Of a DNA stretch of 64,000 nt, positions 48,201 through 58,283 are shown in pieces. Each line of letters opens with the position of its first letter. Positions within the stretch are counted from its first letter, which is position 1. Under the pieces are notes generated by a model. The model saw only the letters and a program-made list of their open reading frames with translations, was not told the DNA's origin and did no database searches. This stretch comes from an uncultured Methanosarcinales archaeon (GTDB lineage: Archaea; Nanobdellota; Nanobdellia; Woesearchaeales; JAGLXL01), in NCBI GenBank assembly GCA_964384425.1, contig CAYLKE010000004.1:6511-70510 (forward strand), written 5' to 3'. A program made the position numbers and the translations under genes.

Positions 48201-49487
48201 GAAAGATTAAAAGTAATTGCAGATAATTATAAATTAAATGAAAAAGATAGAAAAGAAATAGAAAAAGCTAGAGAAAAGATTAAGGAAGAAATTAAGAGAT
48301 TAGAGAAAGAAAAAGAAGAAGAAGAAGATAAATTTCTGAATTCTGATAATGTTGATTCAACTTCAACAAAACTTTTAGAACTAGAAGAACAATTAGCTAA
48401 ATATAAAAATAAACTAGAAATATTAAATCAAATATTGGAAGAAGATAGAGGTCAAAAACTAATAGGGATTATTACACTTAAACTAAAAAAAAGTGAAGAA
48501 AAACAAACAGAAGAACAAGCAGAACCACAAGAAACACCAATAATAACTTCTTCAGAAATAGAAGAACCAGCTGAGCAAGAACAAGTATATGTTAATGGTG
48601 AGTTACAATTGTCTGAAGAAGCTGTAAGTCTTTTAAGAGATGTACAAGAAGACTGGAGTGTTCTAAGTATGGTTGGAGATGCATTTATGGCTGCAATTAA
48701 TCCAATACCTGGAAATGATATAATAAGTGATATAGAATCCCTAGTAGTCTCAGAAACAGAATTAGAATATCCCGAACAACTATATGAAGAAGAGCAACAA
48801 GTATCACAAGAACCAACAGGTGATACAGACGCAGATGGAATACCACAAGAACCAACAACACCAGAAGAACCAACAATATCTTACACACAACAAGAGCTTG
48901 AAACAGTTGAATATCTTCTTGAAAGAACAGCTAGTGGAGAACTATCTGCTGTACTTGAATTAAATGACTTGGTAAATGCAAATCCAGGATTAAGAGACAC
49001 ATTTGAAGTATTAAATGAACAAGTTGACAATGCATATATGACATTATTTGAAAACTATGCAGGTGACCTATATACACAAATAGGAGATAATATCTTTGAA
49101 ATGAAAATGGATGTTTCAGGAGAATCTGCTGACATGCTTACAATGTTTGATGAGGCAATAACAGGAGAAGATAATACAGCAAGTGAAATAGTAAACACTT
49201 ATTCATTTGATGCTCAAGTATTAGGTAATGATGGTGTAACTGTACTTATTCCAGATTGCATGGCAGAAGAATCTGTAATATGTGGTGTTGAATATTGTTA
49301 TGGCATATATAATGGAGAGGCATTTTCAGTTGATGCTCCTAGAGAAGATGTAGTATCAGCAGTAACTACAGAAAATGGATTTAGCATAGAAAATGGACAA
49401 TTAGTTGTTGAACCAGGACAAAAAGACATAAATAACTACGTAATGTTATTTAAAAATCCAATAAGCAGAATAGTACCTTTAATATAA
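45234..49487 (+). CDS. Giant (1417 aa) membrane-anchored coiled-coil protein (N-terminal signal + Gly/Ala-rich TM, Cys-containing head, >900 aa Lys/Glu-rich coiled coil, acidic C-terminal domain)
   Basis: GAGG Shine-Dalgarno upstream. N-terminal signal peptide, then GAGTTGGVAAAAAGGGAATISVGAVLGIVGGAAAILAITGYFAY. Long heptad-like K/E-rich stretches. Confidence 0.75.
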   Translation: MKKNTRFLKIIQMFIVFIFMFSIFSNSANAQFGAGTTGGVAAAAAGGGAATISVGAVLGIVGGAAAILAITGYFAYEKGWFNSDEYMFLHSVANGKTDDAVDFLNHLSRDELIELICEHMDELLENLNKKRKEITGDLLDVSEDVNKEDKENQEEENAIKNGESTDETSRQEAARESLESSVWSETLGELNATFDKEMKNAAKDAVTEDYDDAMEAEKKAEQKEAAKKAAEELQGIVKGFKKQKEGSSELNDNTIKQVAGVLNDPDISQKDKQRLFNALPDFIKNKVKQKALLGLKNHYTKLINNFSKFKDKFDALCDESAKEGYTHDNLITAVEILFEYDLGPKIMNGEAEPGEAWKRIMQIWEGSDAISGEDEALLFKMAVAAANKLNEARKAAKGNTAAEQNLLEQECSIYCGLLNKLGCDAFFENLNKQDMKKARRVAEVLSECADKNIGGCSATDCLKPGSIAFKAATENLLKCNKNLVNLFKKEVDKIKAMEDGDAKNDAINKAKNKYKKLAQKLEEEFKKKVKAKESVSQDVSDKIKQMNDLVNKLEEMEDAVIRKLSLKVVTSMIPPEAHINDALDKLMECDSSYIDGLIENLVKKRNALLNDNAEEDDNKKKEERNKEIEKLNDAIKKVKDSVDKVKDCLEKTKNDLNNNPSKYYGEGSDVVDNKKLKDNLRKCLGKEGIREYVGVLGNGENIGNIVKQLEAKIDALSKVSSNADPGKEKDLEDPKGTKIPANDIGQTSEPAPRPAFRNQITQILNEIRACQTEKIDKLKEMLKDKGADEGDKQLIRNTIAALEKEKAKEEKKLILIVNRRLVEINKKIEKLEQLLNGVNDIPQSNIGNGQLTQLLEGIKACNVDAEDLLKEAKERGVSEADANAIKAAMKDMEDKVKRLEKEKNTLEAELETEEDDYAPDEWGPEEDKEKKIKDLRDKIKEKEEEIKKYKHKLEVLQEILDEYTDYATFDNKKQFTGLLVEIAKCNIDAERLKVIADNYKLNEKDRKEIEKAREKIKEEIKRLEKEKEEEEDKFLNSDNVDSTSTKLLELEEQLAKYKNKLEILNQILEEDRGQKLIGIITLKLKKSEEKQTEEQAEPQETPIITSSEIEEPAEQEQVYVNGELQLSEEAVSLLRDVQEDWSVLSMVGDAFMAAINPIPGNDIISDIESLVVSETELEYPEQLYEEEQQVSQEPTGDTDADGIPQEPTTPEEPTISYTQQELETVEYLLERTASGELSAVLELNDLVNANPGLRDTFEVLNEQVDNAYMTLFENYAGDLYTQIGDNIFEMKMDVSGESADMLTMFDEAITGEDNTASEIVNTYSFDAQVLGNDGVTVLIPDCMAEESVICGVEYCYGIYNGEAFSVDAPREDVVSAVTTENGFSIENGQLVVEPGQKDINNYVMLFKNPISRIVPLI

Positions 49488-49569
49488 TTTATTTTCTTTT
49501 TTATATATTTTTTAATATATATTTTGTAAAATAGCATTATTTATTAATAGTAACAACTTTCTAATTGAT

Positions 49570-50184
49570 ATGAAAAACAAAATACTTAAATTATCATTCT
49601 TAGCAATGTTGGCTTATTCAGGATGTAATTCTCCAGGTCTTACTGAAAGACAACATCAAGAAGATCTTAAAAGACACGAAAGAAAGATGTATCTTAAAGC
49701 TTTTAAAAAGAAATTTGATGATCCAAAACAACAAGATTTATGGGATTCTATAGATAATATTCATTTATTGCTTATAGATAATGATGTAGCATTAGATTAC
49801 AAAGAAGTTATAAATAAACTTACAGAAAGAGGTTTCTATAAAACAGGAGATGATGATACTATAAGAGATAGATTTAAAATAATTATAGATGAAAAATATT
49901 ATGGCTCATTAAAAGAACATTTTCCTTCTGCTAAGAAGAATACTAGATGTTTTAATCCAAATCATTTTTATAGGCATCTTGTTATAACAGATGTAAAACA
50001 TAATCTTTATAGAGATGAAATTACAGGAAATAAAATACAACCTACCATAGAAGAGATAGTGAATGAAATTCCTTTCATGAGACCAGGTTATTATAAAAAT
50101 TCTATAAAGGAAAGATTAAATAAAGATAATGTTATAGTAATTCCAGAAAAAATATATCAACCTAAAGGACAAGCAGTAGATTAA
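49570..50184 (+). CDS. Lipoprotein (lipobox …AYSGC), paralog A
   Basis: Signal peptide plus Cys lipobox. About 45% identical to ORF 50273..50896 (…KQQ.LWDSIDNI..L..DNDVAL.YKEV.N.LT.RGFYKTGDD…GQ.VD). Confidence 0.6.
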   Translation: MKNKILKLSFLAMLAYSGCNSPGLTERQHQEDLKRHERKMYLKAFKKKFDDPKQQDLWDSIDNIHLLLIDNDVALDYKEVINKLTERGFYKTGDDDTIRDRFKIIIDEKYYGSLKEHFPSAKKNTRCFNPNHFYRHLVITDVKHNLYRDEITGNKIQPTIEEIVNEIPFMRPGYYKNSIKERLNKDNVIVIPEKIYQPKGQAVD

Positions 50185-50272
50185 AAATATTTTTTTATTA
50201 AATTATTAAAATAAACTTTTATATATTCTCCACACCAATATTATTTATTAATTTATATTTCTAATAAAAATT

Positions 50273-50896
50273 ATGAAAAAAACACTTACTACTTTATTAT
50301 CTGGATTATTATTAGCTTATTCTTCATGCTCTTCTCAACAAATAACAAAAGAAGAAAAAGAAAAACAATTCAAAGAAAGAATGGAGACATATAAAAAACA
50401 AAGATATTTCAGAGCTTTTAATAGAAATTTTAAAGATCCAAAACAACAAAAATTATGGGATTCTATTGACAATATAAATGTTTTATTTGTTGATAATGAT
50501 GTTGCATTAGAATACAAAGAAGTGTTAAATGAATTAACAGATAGGGGATTTTATAAAACAGGTGACGATATAAGTTTAAGAGATAATTTTATAATATTTA
50601 TAGATCACAAATATAAAGACTTACGAAAACATTTTGATAAATGCGAAGTAAAAAAAGAACCTTATATTCAAGAAAAATTATATAGGCATATTTTCATAAC
50701 AGATATAAAAAACAATCCTTATGTTGATGAATTTTCTGGAAAAATAATACAGCCAACAATAAAAAATATATTATTTGACATTCCATTTATGACTAATAGT
50801 TATTATAAGTATTCTTTTTATAATAGATATAATAAAAATAATGTTAAAGTTATTTCTGAACCATTTAGATCTATGAGGGGTCAGGGAGTGGATTAA
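50273..50896 (+). CDS. Lipoprotein (lipobox …AYSSC), paralog B
   Basis: Tandem duplicate of ORF 49570..50184. Confidence 0.6.
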   Translation: MKKTLTTLLSGLLLAYSSCSSQQITKEEKEKQFKERMETYKKQRYFRAFNRNFKDPKQQKLWDSIDNINVLFVDNDVALEYKEVLNELTDRGFYKTGDDISLRDNFIIFIDHKYKDLRKHFDKCEVKKEPYIQEKLYRHIFITDIKNNPYVDEFSGKIIQPTIKNILFDIPFMTNSYYKYSFYNRYNKNNVKVISEPFRSMRGQGVD

Positions 50897-50971
50897 TTCT
50901 TACATTATTAAAAACATTTATAAACTAGTGGTTATTTTATTAACCAAGTGGTTATTTAAATAAACATTAAA

Positions 50972-51493
50972 ATGGATAATATCTTTAAAACAAATCAATA
51001 CAGAATGTTAGAGTTATTTATAGAAAATCCCAGAATAGATTATTCTGCTAGAGGTATGGCTAGAGAATTAGGGATAAATCATGTTACAGTGTTAAAATAT
51101 TTAAAAGAGTTATTAAAATTAGATTTAATAAAAGTAAAAAATGCTCTATATCCTCTTTATTATGCAAACACTCAAAATAAAAATTATCAATTTTATAAAA
51201 TAAATAAAATTGTTTTTGATATTAAACAATCTAGGGTTGTCGAATATATACATAATAAAACTTTAGCTTCTGCAATAGTATTATTTGGTAGTTGTTCAAA
51301 AGGAACTTATAATAAAGAAAGCGATATAGATATATTTGTTGAATCTACTCAAAAGAAACTTAATTTATCTAAATATGAGAAAATATTAAAGAAAAAAATA
51401 AATCTTATTTTTCATTCTGATATACAAAAACTTTCCGAGAATCTGAGAATAAATGTTATAAATGGTATTACTTTATATGGCAATATAAGGTAA
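50972..51493 (+). CDS. Minimal nucleotidyltransferase (MNT) with N-terminal winged-HTH (second copy)
   Basis: NTase motif LFGSCSKGTYNKESDIDIFVE. N-terminal HTH-like segment (ARGMARELGINHVTVLKYLKEL). Confidence 0.65.
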   Translation: MDNIFKTNQYRMLELFIENPRIDYSARGMARELGINHVTVLKYLKELLKLDLIKVKNALYPLYYANTQNKNYQFYKINKIVFDIKQSRVVEYIHNKTLASAIVLFGSCSKGTYNKESDIDIFVESTQKKLNLSKYEKILKKKINLIFHSDIQKLSENLRINVINGITLYGNIR

Positions 51494-51498
51494 TCAAT

Positions 51499-51921
51499 AT
51501 GGATGAAATATCATGGAAAGAATGTATAGAAAATGGAATTATTTTTGAAACTATACCTGATTTAGAAAGATCATTACAATTATTGTCTATGGCTGAGACA
51601 AGATTTCTTTTTTGGAATAAAAAAGTTAATAAAAAATTTATTACATTGAAAGTTGAAGGATACTACGAAATCATTAAAGAACTTATTTTTGCTTTAATAT
51701 ATAAAAATGGTTTTAATTGTAAAAATCATATTTGTTTAATTGCATATTTACAAGAAAAACATTCTGAATTAATTTATGAAATTGATAAGATCAATGAATT
51801 GAGAAAAATAAGAAATGATATATCTTATCGTGGATTTTATGTTGATAAAGATTATTTAGATAGAAATGAATTAGAGTTTAAGAATATTATAAATATCTTA
51901 ATAAATAAAGTTAAACAATAA
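51499..51921 (+). CDS. HEPN-domain protein, partner of MNT (second pair)
   Basis: Starts 6 nt after the MNT stop. Helical, with an R-x-R-N-x3-Y motif (LRKIRNDISYRG). Confidence 0.5.
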   Translation: MDEISWKECIENGIIFETIPDLERSLQLLSMAETRFLFWNKKVNKKFITLKVEGYYEIIKELIFALIYKNGFNCKNHICLIAYLQEKHSELIYEIDKINELRKIRNDISYRGFYVDKDYLDRNELEFKNIINILINKVKQ

Positions 51922-52038
51922 TTTTTTAACATCAAAATTAAAATATCAAAATAAAATTGTCTCGTTTGGCACAAAACCTTCCCAAAATAGACAGGATATT
52001 GAGAAATATTTATAAACAAAGCTTTCTTTTTTAAAATA

Positions 52039-53253
52039 ATGATAAAAAGACATTATTTTGAAGATATTGAAAAAGAACTTGATTTTAAAGAAATAACTGT
52101 GTTAATTGGTAGTAGAAGAGTTGGAAAAACTACTATAATGCAACACTTGTATGAAAAAGTAAAAGATAGGGCTGTTTATTTAACATTTGATGATCTTGAA
52201 GTTTTGGATCTTTTTGAAAATAATGAAAAATTATTCAAAGAACAATATGTAGATACAAATGATATAATCTTCATAGATGAGATACAATATTCTAAACAAT
52301 CAGGTAGAATATTAAAGTATCTTTATGATACAACTAAAAAGAAATTTATTGTATCTGGTTCATCTACTCCAGAAATATCTATTCATTCAATTTCATATCT
52401 TGTTGGAAGAATGAGAGTAATAGAGGTTTTTCCAATAAAATTCAATGAATTTATTCAATATAGAGCAAGTAAAAAATCTATTCTTTTAAACAAGATAAGA
52501 TCACTTAAAGAATTTAAACAATTAAAAAATTATTTTGAAGAATTTTTAAAATTTGGAGGATATCCAAGAGTTATATCTTTAAAATATGATGAAAAGAAAA
52601 AACATCTTTCATCATTAGTAAACACATATCTATTAAAAGAGATAAAAGACATTATAAAATATAAAAATGTCATGGAATTTGAAAGGTTTTTAAGATATCT
52701 ATCAAATAAAGACGGAAATATAATTAACAAATCTGTTATTTCTAGAGAATTTGGATTAAATAGAAAAAAAATATCAGAAATAATAGATACTTTAATTAAA
52801 ACTTATGTTTTATACGAAGTTAAACCTTTTCTAAAAAGAAAAACAAAAGAACAAATAAAAAATAATAAAATTTATTTTCAAGATACAGGTTTTAAAAATT
52901 CATTGGCAAATAATTTTAATGATCTTGATTTTAAACATGATAAAGGAATGATTCTAGAAAATTTTATTTTAAATTCATTGATACGGAAAGGATATGATGT
53001 TAAATTTTGGAATTATAAAAACAGATATGAAATGGATTTTGTAATAGAGAAAGATAATAAAATTGTGGGGATTGAGTGCAAATCAAGGTTAACTGATGCA
53101 ACAATAAGTAGTTCTTCAAAAGAATTTAAGAAAAGATTTTCACCATATAAAATATATGTTGTTAATGAGTCTATTGATAATAAGAAAGATAATATTGAAT
53201 TCATAAACTATTATAACTTCATAGTCCTTTTAGAAAATAATAAATTATTCTAA
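52039..53253 (+). CDS. AAA+ ATPase with C-terminal DUF4143-like PD-(D/E)xK nuclease-fold domain
   Basis: Walker A GSRRVGKTT; Walker B-like IIFIDEIQ; C-terminal …YEMDFVIEKDNKIVGIECKS (D…E.K). Confidence 0.7.
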   Translation: MIKRHYFEDIEKELDFKEITVLIGSRRVGKTTIMQHLYEKVKDRAVYLTFDDLEVLDLFENNEKLFKEQYVDTNDIIFIDEIQYSKQSGRILKYLYDTTKKKFIVSGSSTPEISIHSISYLVGRMRVIEVFPIKFNEFIQYRASKKSILLNKIRSLKEFKQLKNYFEEFLKFGGYPRVISLKYDEKKKHLSSLVNTYLLKEIKDIIKYKNVMEFERFLRYLSNKDGNIINKSVISREFGLNRKKISEIIDTLIKTYVLYEVKPFLKRKTKEQIKNNKIYFQDTGFKNSLANNFNDLDFKHDKGMILENFILNSLIRKGYDVKFWNYKNRYEMDFVIEKDNKIVGIECKSRLTDATISSSSKEFKKRFSPYKIYVVNESIDNKKDNIEFINYYNFIVLLENNKLF

Positions 53254-53387
53254 CCAAAAACACTTTCAATAATATAATCAATAATCATAAGAATAAAAGT
53301 TATTATCATTTATATCACATATATTAATTATATATTATTTAGAATTGCATCAAAATAAAATTTTAATAAAATAAAAAAAGAAGAAAA

Positions 53388-54695
53388 TTAGTAATAATTT
53401 TCATCATCATCTTCTAGGTCATCATCGTCTTTCTTTCTCATTTTTGTTAATCCGACGATAACTAATAGTAATACTAAGATGATAACTAAAACTATTAAAC
53501 TAACTTCTAATATTTTAACTGTGTCTGTTCCAGCAAAAGTTGAACTTTCTTCTGTTCCATCTGTTCCTATTACAAATGCATTGAAGTTTACGTCCTTTAA
53601 TGCTTTTGTGTTTGATAAAACAGTAACTGCTATTTCTTGAAGTCCTTCTGTTTCTTTTTTAGCTGCAAGATATAAGTTAATTTTTTTAGATTCTTGAGGT
53701 TCTAGAACAACAATATTGTTGCTTAGTTGAGCATCTGCCCACTCAATTTCTTCTGTTTTTAACATATATGTTTTAACTGAATCTGCTTTATTGGTTAAAA
53801 GCATTGAAAATTCAGCAGTTTCTCCAGCTTTAACTTCTTGAAAATTATCAGCAACTGAAATTACTAGTGCTTTATCAGATTGACTTATTATTTCATTAGC
53901 TTCTGAAGCTATAACTTCTGCTTCTGTTACTAATGTTTCTTCGTATGTTTCTATTTTTTCTGATTTTTTAAATACTAATTTAGGTTGTAAATTTATTCTT
54001 TTAAATTCTTCTTTTCCTAATTTAATACCTAATACACCTTCTTCTCCTTCTTCAAATTCTTCTGGTACATTAACTACAAATGTTTTTGTGTAAATTGTAT
54101 CTTTATCAACATTGAATTTATTTGTTCTTAATGATTCACTTTCAAATTCTGAACCTGAAAATTTATATTCAATAAAGATATTTTCAACATCTTCTTTTGC
54201 TTCGAATGTTAGTTTAACTTTTAGATCTTCGCCGATTATGATATCATCAACTTTGTATCTGTCTGCATCATTATCTCTAATTCTGAAATCTGCATCTCCA
54301 ATATCTAGTTTCATAACATCAACCCAGTCAACTCTTGATGTATCTCTACATAATGCGTATGCTGTTCCTCTGATTTCAGCTTTATTCCATGTTCCGCCTG
54401 TTCTTCTTACGTTCCATTTAACTGAATTTACTTTATCTTCTTTTTCAAAGTCATCCATATGGATTCCTGTTGATTCTTCTTTATCATTTTCCATCCATGC
54501 ATCAACTGCATAATAATTTGGTGGACATGATACTTTAATGTCTATGCTTTCATCTGGCCATCTGATTATTTTATGGTATGTATCTGACATTACAACATCT
54601 CCATCTTGGTATTCTGGTGATGTGTATGTTTGAGCTGCTGCAAATGGAGCAACCAAAGCCAGTACAAGCATTAATGCTGTAAATAATTTTTTCAT
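53388..54695 (-). CDS. Secreted protein with Sec signal peptide, beta-rich ectodomain, C-terminal TM anchor and poly-acidic tail
   Basis: Signal peptide MKKLFTALMLVLALVAPFAAAQ|T. C-terminus …LIVLVIILVLLLVIVGLTKMRKKDDDDLEDDDENYY. Confidence 0.65.
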   Translation of the reverse strand: MKKLFTALMLVLALVAPFAAAQTYTSPEYQDGDVVMSDTYHKIIRWPDESIDIKVSCPPNYYAVDAWMENDKEESTGIHMDDFEKEDKVNSVKWNVRRTGGTWNKAEIRGTAYALCRDTSRVDWVDVMKLDIGDADFRIRDNDADRYKVDDIIIGEDLKVKLTFEAKEDVENIFIEYKFSGSEFESESLRTNKFNVDKDTIYTKTFVVNVPEEFEEGEEGVLGIKLGKEEFKRINLQPKLVFKKSEKIETYEETLVTEAEVIASEANEIISQSDKALVISVADNFQEVKAGETAEFSMLLTNKADSVKTYMLKTEEIEWADAQLSNNIVVLEPQESKKINLYLAAKKETEGLQEIAVTVLSNTKALKDVNFNAFVIGTDGTEESSTFAGTDTVKILEVSLIVLVIILVLLLVIVGLTKMRKKDDDDLEDDDENYY

Positions 54696-54726
54696 TTTAC
54701 CCCTCCTATTGAGTTATTATGATTTT

Positions 54727-55581
54727 TTATTGTTTTTTGAATATAAATTCAGATTTGCTATACTCTTCTTTAAAATCCTTTAAGTCATCTAATAAATTGC
54801 TGTATTTTTTCTCTATTTTCCCAATAGCTTCATTTCTGTTTTGCATATATTGTTGTGTTTTCTTTACTAATTTCTTATATTGGTTCATATTACTCTTTTT
54901 AAGTGCTTTTTTTCTATCGTCATTTATTTTACTAAGATTATTAGTGTATAAATCATTCACTTTTTTAATCTCTTTTTTCTTTATACCATCATAAGAATCA
55001 ATTATCAATTCAATTATCTGAGAACTGTATACATTATTCAGACTTTTTTTGAATTTATCATTAAAGCCATCTATTTTTTCACCATTGACATATAATGCAT
55101 CCATTGCCTTCATATGCTTTAATGTATTTTCTTTATAACCAGGATTTATTATACTCAAGTTAAATCCTTCTTCATCTATATTTGTTTTTCCCAATACTTT
55201 TCTATTATCAATATAACCAGTAATTGTAACTTTATCATTTAATTTAACTGAATAAGTATCAACAATAGAAGTATTTAGTATTTTATTTATATTTTTTTTA
55301 ACTAATTCATTACATCCTTTAAATTCATTAATTATTTGATCTTTAGAATAAATATCTTTTATTTTGAAATCTTCCTTTGCTATATTTTCATCATGTATAA
55401 TTTTTTCTAAAGGTGTATCTTTCTTCATATCTGATTTTTTTTCTTTAATAAACTCATTTCTTAGTTTAATATAATCTTCTTTAGGTACAATATTTTCGTT
55501 TGAAGTGATACATCCTTGACTCATTCCAAATGCTACAGGTAATACCCCATACTTTCCGATTTTTAATAATAAATCTGCCAT
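54727..55581 (-). CDS. Putative lipoprotein (lipobox-like …FGMSQGC) with K/E-rich domain
   Basis: N-terminal hydrophobic segment ending in a Cys. Confidence 0.55.
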   Translation of the reverse strand: MADLLLKIGKYGVLPVAFGMSQGCITSNENIVPKEDYIKLRNEFIKEKKSDMKKDTPLEKIIHDENIAKEDFKIKDIYSKDQIINEFKGCNELVKKNINKILNTSIVDTYSVKLNDKVTITGYIDNRKVLGKTNIDEEGFNLSIINPGYKENTLKHMKAMDALYVNGEKIDGFNDKFKKSLNNVYSSQIIELIIDSYDGIKKKEIKKVNDLYTNNLSKINDDRKKALKKSNMNQYKKLVKKTQQYMQNRNEAIGKIEKKYSNLLDDLKDFKEEYSKSEFIFKKQ

Positions 55582-55685
55582 TTTATTCCTCCTCTAATGT
55601 AACTTTATAGTGATAACCTTATTTATACAACTTTTATTTATAAACTTTTTGGTTCTGTAGTTACTATAGAGTAGTTTTACCATTT

Positions 55686-58283
55686 TTATCTTTGTTTTAA
55701 TATGATTTCATATTTTTTTGTTAAATTGAGCTTATTTTCTTTTTCTCCATCATCATTCAATCTCATATATGGGAGAATATCATTTGAATAGATTTTTTTG
55801 TTATTTTTTATCTTGTTTTTTAAATCATTATTTATTTCTTTATTTACTATAACATATCTATTATTCAACCAATCTGTCTTTTTTCCCTTGAATGTAACCT
55901 TATATATTAATATATCATTTATCTTATCATCTATTCCTTTTGCTCTACCCAATATATCCTTATATTGCTCAAATACTTGCTGTGAGTTAGTTATTTTAGA
56001 TGAATACAACTTATTGATTGCAAATTGCTTTAATTCATCTGGAAGTTCTTGATTCGAGTATTTTGTTTTCAAATCAAGATATTCAGAAGTTAAGTTATCG
56101 ATTTTTTCATTTAATTTACTATATTCATTAATTGTTCTTTTATTTACTTTATTTAATCCACTAAATATTGTTTTTTTGATTTCTTGAATATCTTCTCTAA
56201 CTTCTGCTTTTTTAACATAACTACTTAGTGATTTATTGAATGCACTAACTAATTTTCTTATATTAGAACCAAATTTTTGTATTTTCATGTAGTCATTCAA
56301 TGATGTTGTTATATCTTTTACTTGTTCTTTGATACTTTTGTCATTTTTGTACAGTTTAGACATCTTTCTACTTATGGACCCCATAACTCTCCCGAACTCT
56401 TTTTTACTTAAAACATCATCATTTTTGTTATTATTTATGTAATCTATTACTTTATTGTAAAGCTTTTGATGTTTTTCTTTTAATTCTTTTTTATCTAAAT
56501 TAATCTGCTCTTCAATACCTGTAATTTTTTCTGATAGTGAAACATATCCTGCTTTGATATTTTCTAGTTTTTCTTCTAATTTATCATTATCTTCTAATTT
56601 ATCATCAACAACATTCCCAACTTCTTGTTTGAATTTTCCTTTTATGTTTGATAATAATTTGTTAATTTTATTAGAAATATAGGATTTTGATTGTTTTATC
56701 TTATTGCTTACAAAACCTTCTTCTGCCACATAACCTTGTTCAGCAGCTGCTCCTGCCCCACCTAATGCCAATGCTCCAATTACTAGTGAAGCCAATACTG
56801 TTTTTCTTACAGGATGTGTGTTTGTAGCTTTTTTCACTGCTTTTCTTTTTTTCTCGTCTTCAACTTTCTCATAAATTGCATTCTCTATTTTTTCTTTAAA
56901 ATATTCAAGTTCCTTTCCTTTTCCTTTATCAAATCCAGAGATTATTTTAGATAATCTAGGAATCTCTTTTTTAAGAACTCTTTTTAATTTTTTGGCTTTG
57001 TAATTAGCAATATCATCTGCAAGTTCTTTATCAAGTTTACCTTTAACAGCTTCACTTTCAAAATCACTTAGTTTTTTATCAAAAACTTTATTTTCTAGAT
57101 CTTTCTTATTTTTATTAAGATATGCCCTCAATTTACTCTTTTGAAGGGAATTTTTAGCACTGTCAGCAATAAGATATTGAATAATTGTTTTTTCTTTGTT
57201 ATTTAATTTAATTTTATTATCTTTTGAATATTTTTGAATTATATTATTATAAGCTGAAGCAACAGAATTGTCTATATTATAATTCTCTCCATCCATTACC
57301 ATATCTGTATTAATCTTATTGAATTTATTTTTAATATAATTAATAATTCCACTTTCTAAATTTTTATTAGTTATACCTGTAGTTTTTTTTGTAGTTTCTG
57401 GTTTTTTTCTTTTAATTCTTATTTCTGTTTTCTTATTGATATCATCGTCTTTTTCTTCACTAAAATTTTCTTCAACATTAAATTCAGAATAAGGTTTATT
57501 ATTATCTTCAGAAATCATTTTTTCAATACCTTTTTCAACATCTATATCTTTCTTTGAAACTTTTTTGTTTTGTTTATTATCATCTGTCTTTTGAATTTTA
57601 TATTCGTCAGGTTCTTGATTTTCTAAAGGTTTATCATCATTTTCTATCTTAGGACTTCTATTAACATTTTCAACAGATTTCTTAACCTCAGAATTATCTT
57701 TTACTTTTTCTAATTTATTGTATGGTTGAGTTACTAATTCTTTTTCATCATTTTCCTCAACATTTGATTTATCATCTTGTTTGGTATTATATTCTTGTTT
57801 TTTATCTAGAGGTTCTTCATTAACTTTCCCTAATTTATTATTTAAAATATTACTTACTTCATTATTGATACCACTATAATTACTTGGATTAGGATTTTCT
57901 TGTTCTGAAATGTATTGATTATTTATTTTTATAAATTGATCAAGATTTTTAGCTATGTCTCTCGCATAATTATCATTAATATTTACAAATTCTTCTTTTA
58001 AAATTTCAAGATAATCATTAATTTGATATATTTTTTCACTGTCTAAATTATCTACTTTTATATTTGATTGGTAATCTTTGAATATTTTAGATGACTCTGC
58101 TAATTTTTTAATTTCTTCTGAGAATATTTGGTGTGTTTGAGGATCAATTGATTTTTCTAATTCAAATTCATTAGGGTTTATTCTTTTAATATATCCTAAT
58201 GTTGCTATTTCAGAATTAACTTTTTTTTTAGCACTTCCTAAACTTTTTTCATTAATAATATCTTCGAGGTCTTTTTTGTCCAT
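55686..58283 (-). CDS. Large (865 aa) bitopic membrane protein: ~490-aa Lys/Asn/Glu-rich low-complexity N-terminal region, single Gly/Ala-rich TM, ~350-aa coiled-coil C-terminal region
   Basis: Central hydrophobic segment VLASLVIGALALGGAGAAA. Strongly charged flanking regions. Confidence 0.65.
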   Translation of the reverse strand: MDKKDLEDIINEKSLGSAKKKVNSEIATLGYIKRINPNEFELEKSIDPQTHQIFSEEIKKLAESSKIFKDYQSNIKVDNLDSEKIYQINDYLEILKEEFVNINDNYARDIAKNLDQFIKINNQYISEQENPNPSNYSGINNEVSNILNNKLGKVNEEPLDKKQEYNTKQDDKSNVEENDEKELVTQPYNKLEKVKDNSEVKKSVENVNRSPKIENDDKPLENQEPDEYKIQKTDDNKQNKKVSKKDIDVEKGIEKMISEDNNKPYSEFNVEENFSEEKDDDINKKTEIRIKRKKPETTKKTTGITNKNLESGIINYIKNKFNKINTDMVMDGENYNIDNSVASAYNNIIQKYSKDNKIKLNNKEKTIIQYLIADSAKNSLQKSKLRAYLNKNKKDLENKVFDKKLSDFESEAVKGKLDKELADDIANYKAKKLKRVLKKEIPRLSKIISGFDKGKGKELEYFKEKIENAIYEKVEDEKKRKAVKKATNTHPVRKTVLASLVIGALALGGAGAAAEQGYVAEEGFVSNKIKQSKSYISNKINKLLSNIKGKFKQEVGNVVDDKLEDNDKLEEKLENIKAGYVSLSEKITGIEEQINLDKKELKEKHQKLYNKVIDYINNNKNDDVLSKKEFGRVMGSISRKMSKLYKNDKSIKEQVKDITTSLNDYMKIQKFGSNIRKLVSAFNKSLSSYVKKAEVREDIQEIKKTIFSGLNKVNKRTINEYSKLNEKIDNLTSEYLDLKTKYSNQELPDELKQFAINKLYSSKITNSQQVFEQYKDILGRAKGIDDKINDILIYKVTFKGKKTDWLNNRYVIVNKEINNDLKNKIKNNKKIYSNDILPYMRLNDDGEKENKLNLTKKYEIILKQR

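Noticed and set aside
54719-54994. Plus-strand 91-aa ORF overlapping the start of the minus-strand lipoprotein gene
   Set aside because: An F/L/S-rich low-complexity product with no Shine-Dalgarno motif. The minus-strand gene 54727..55581 has a signal peptide and coherent domain structure.
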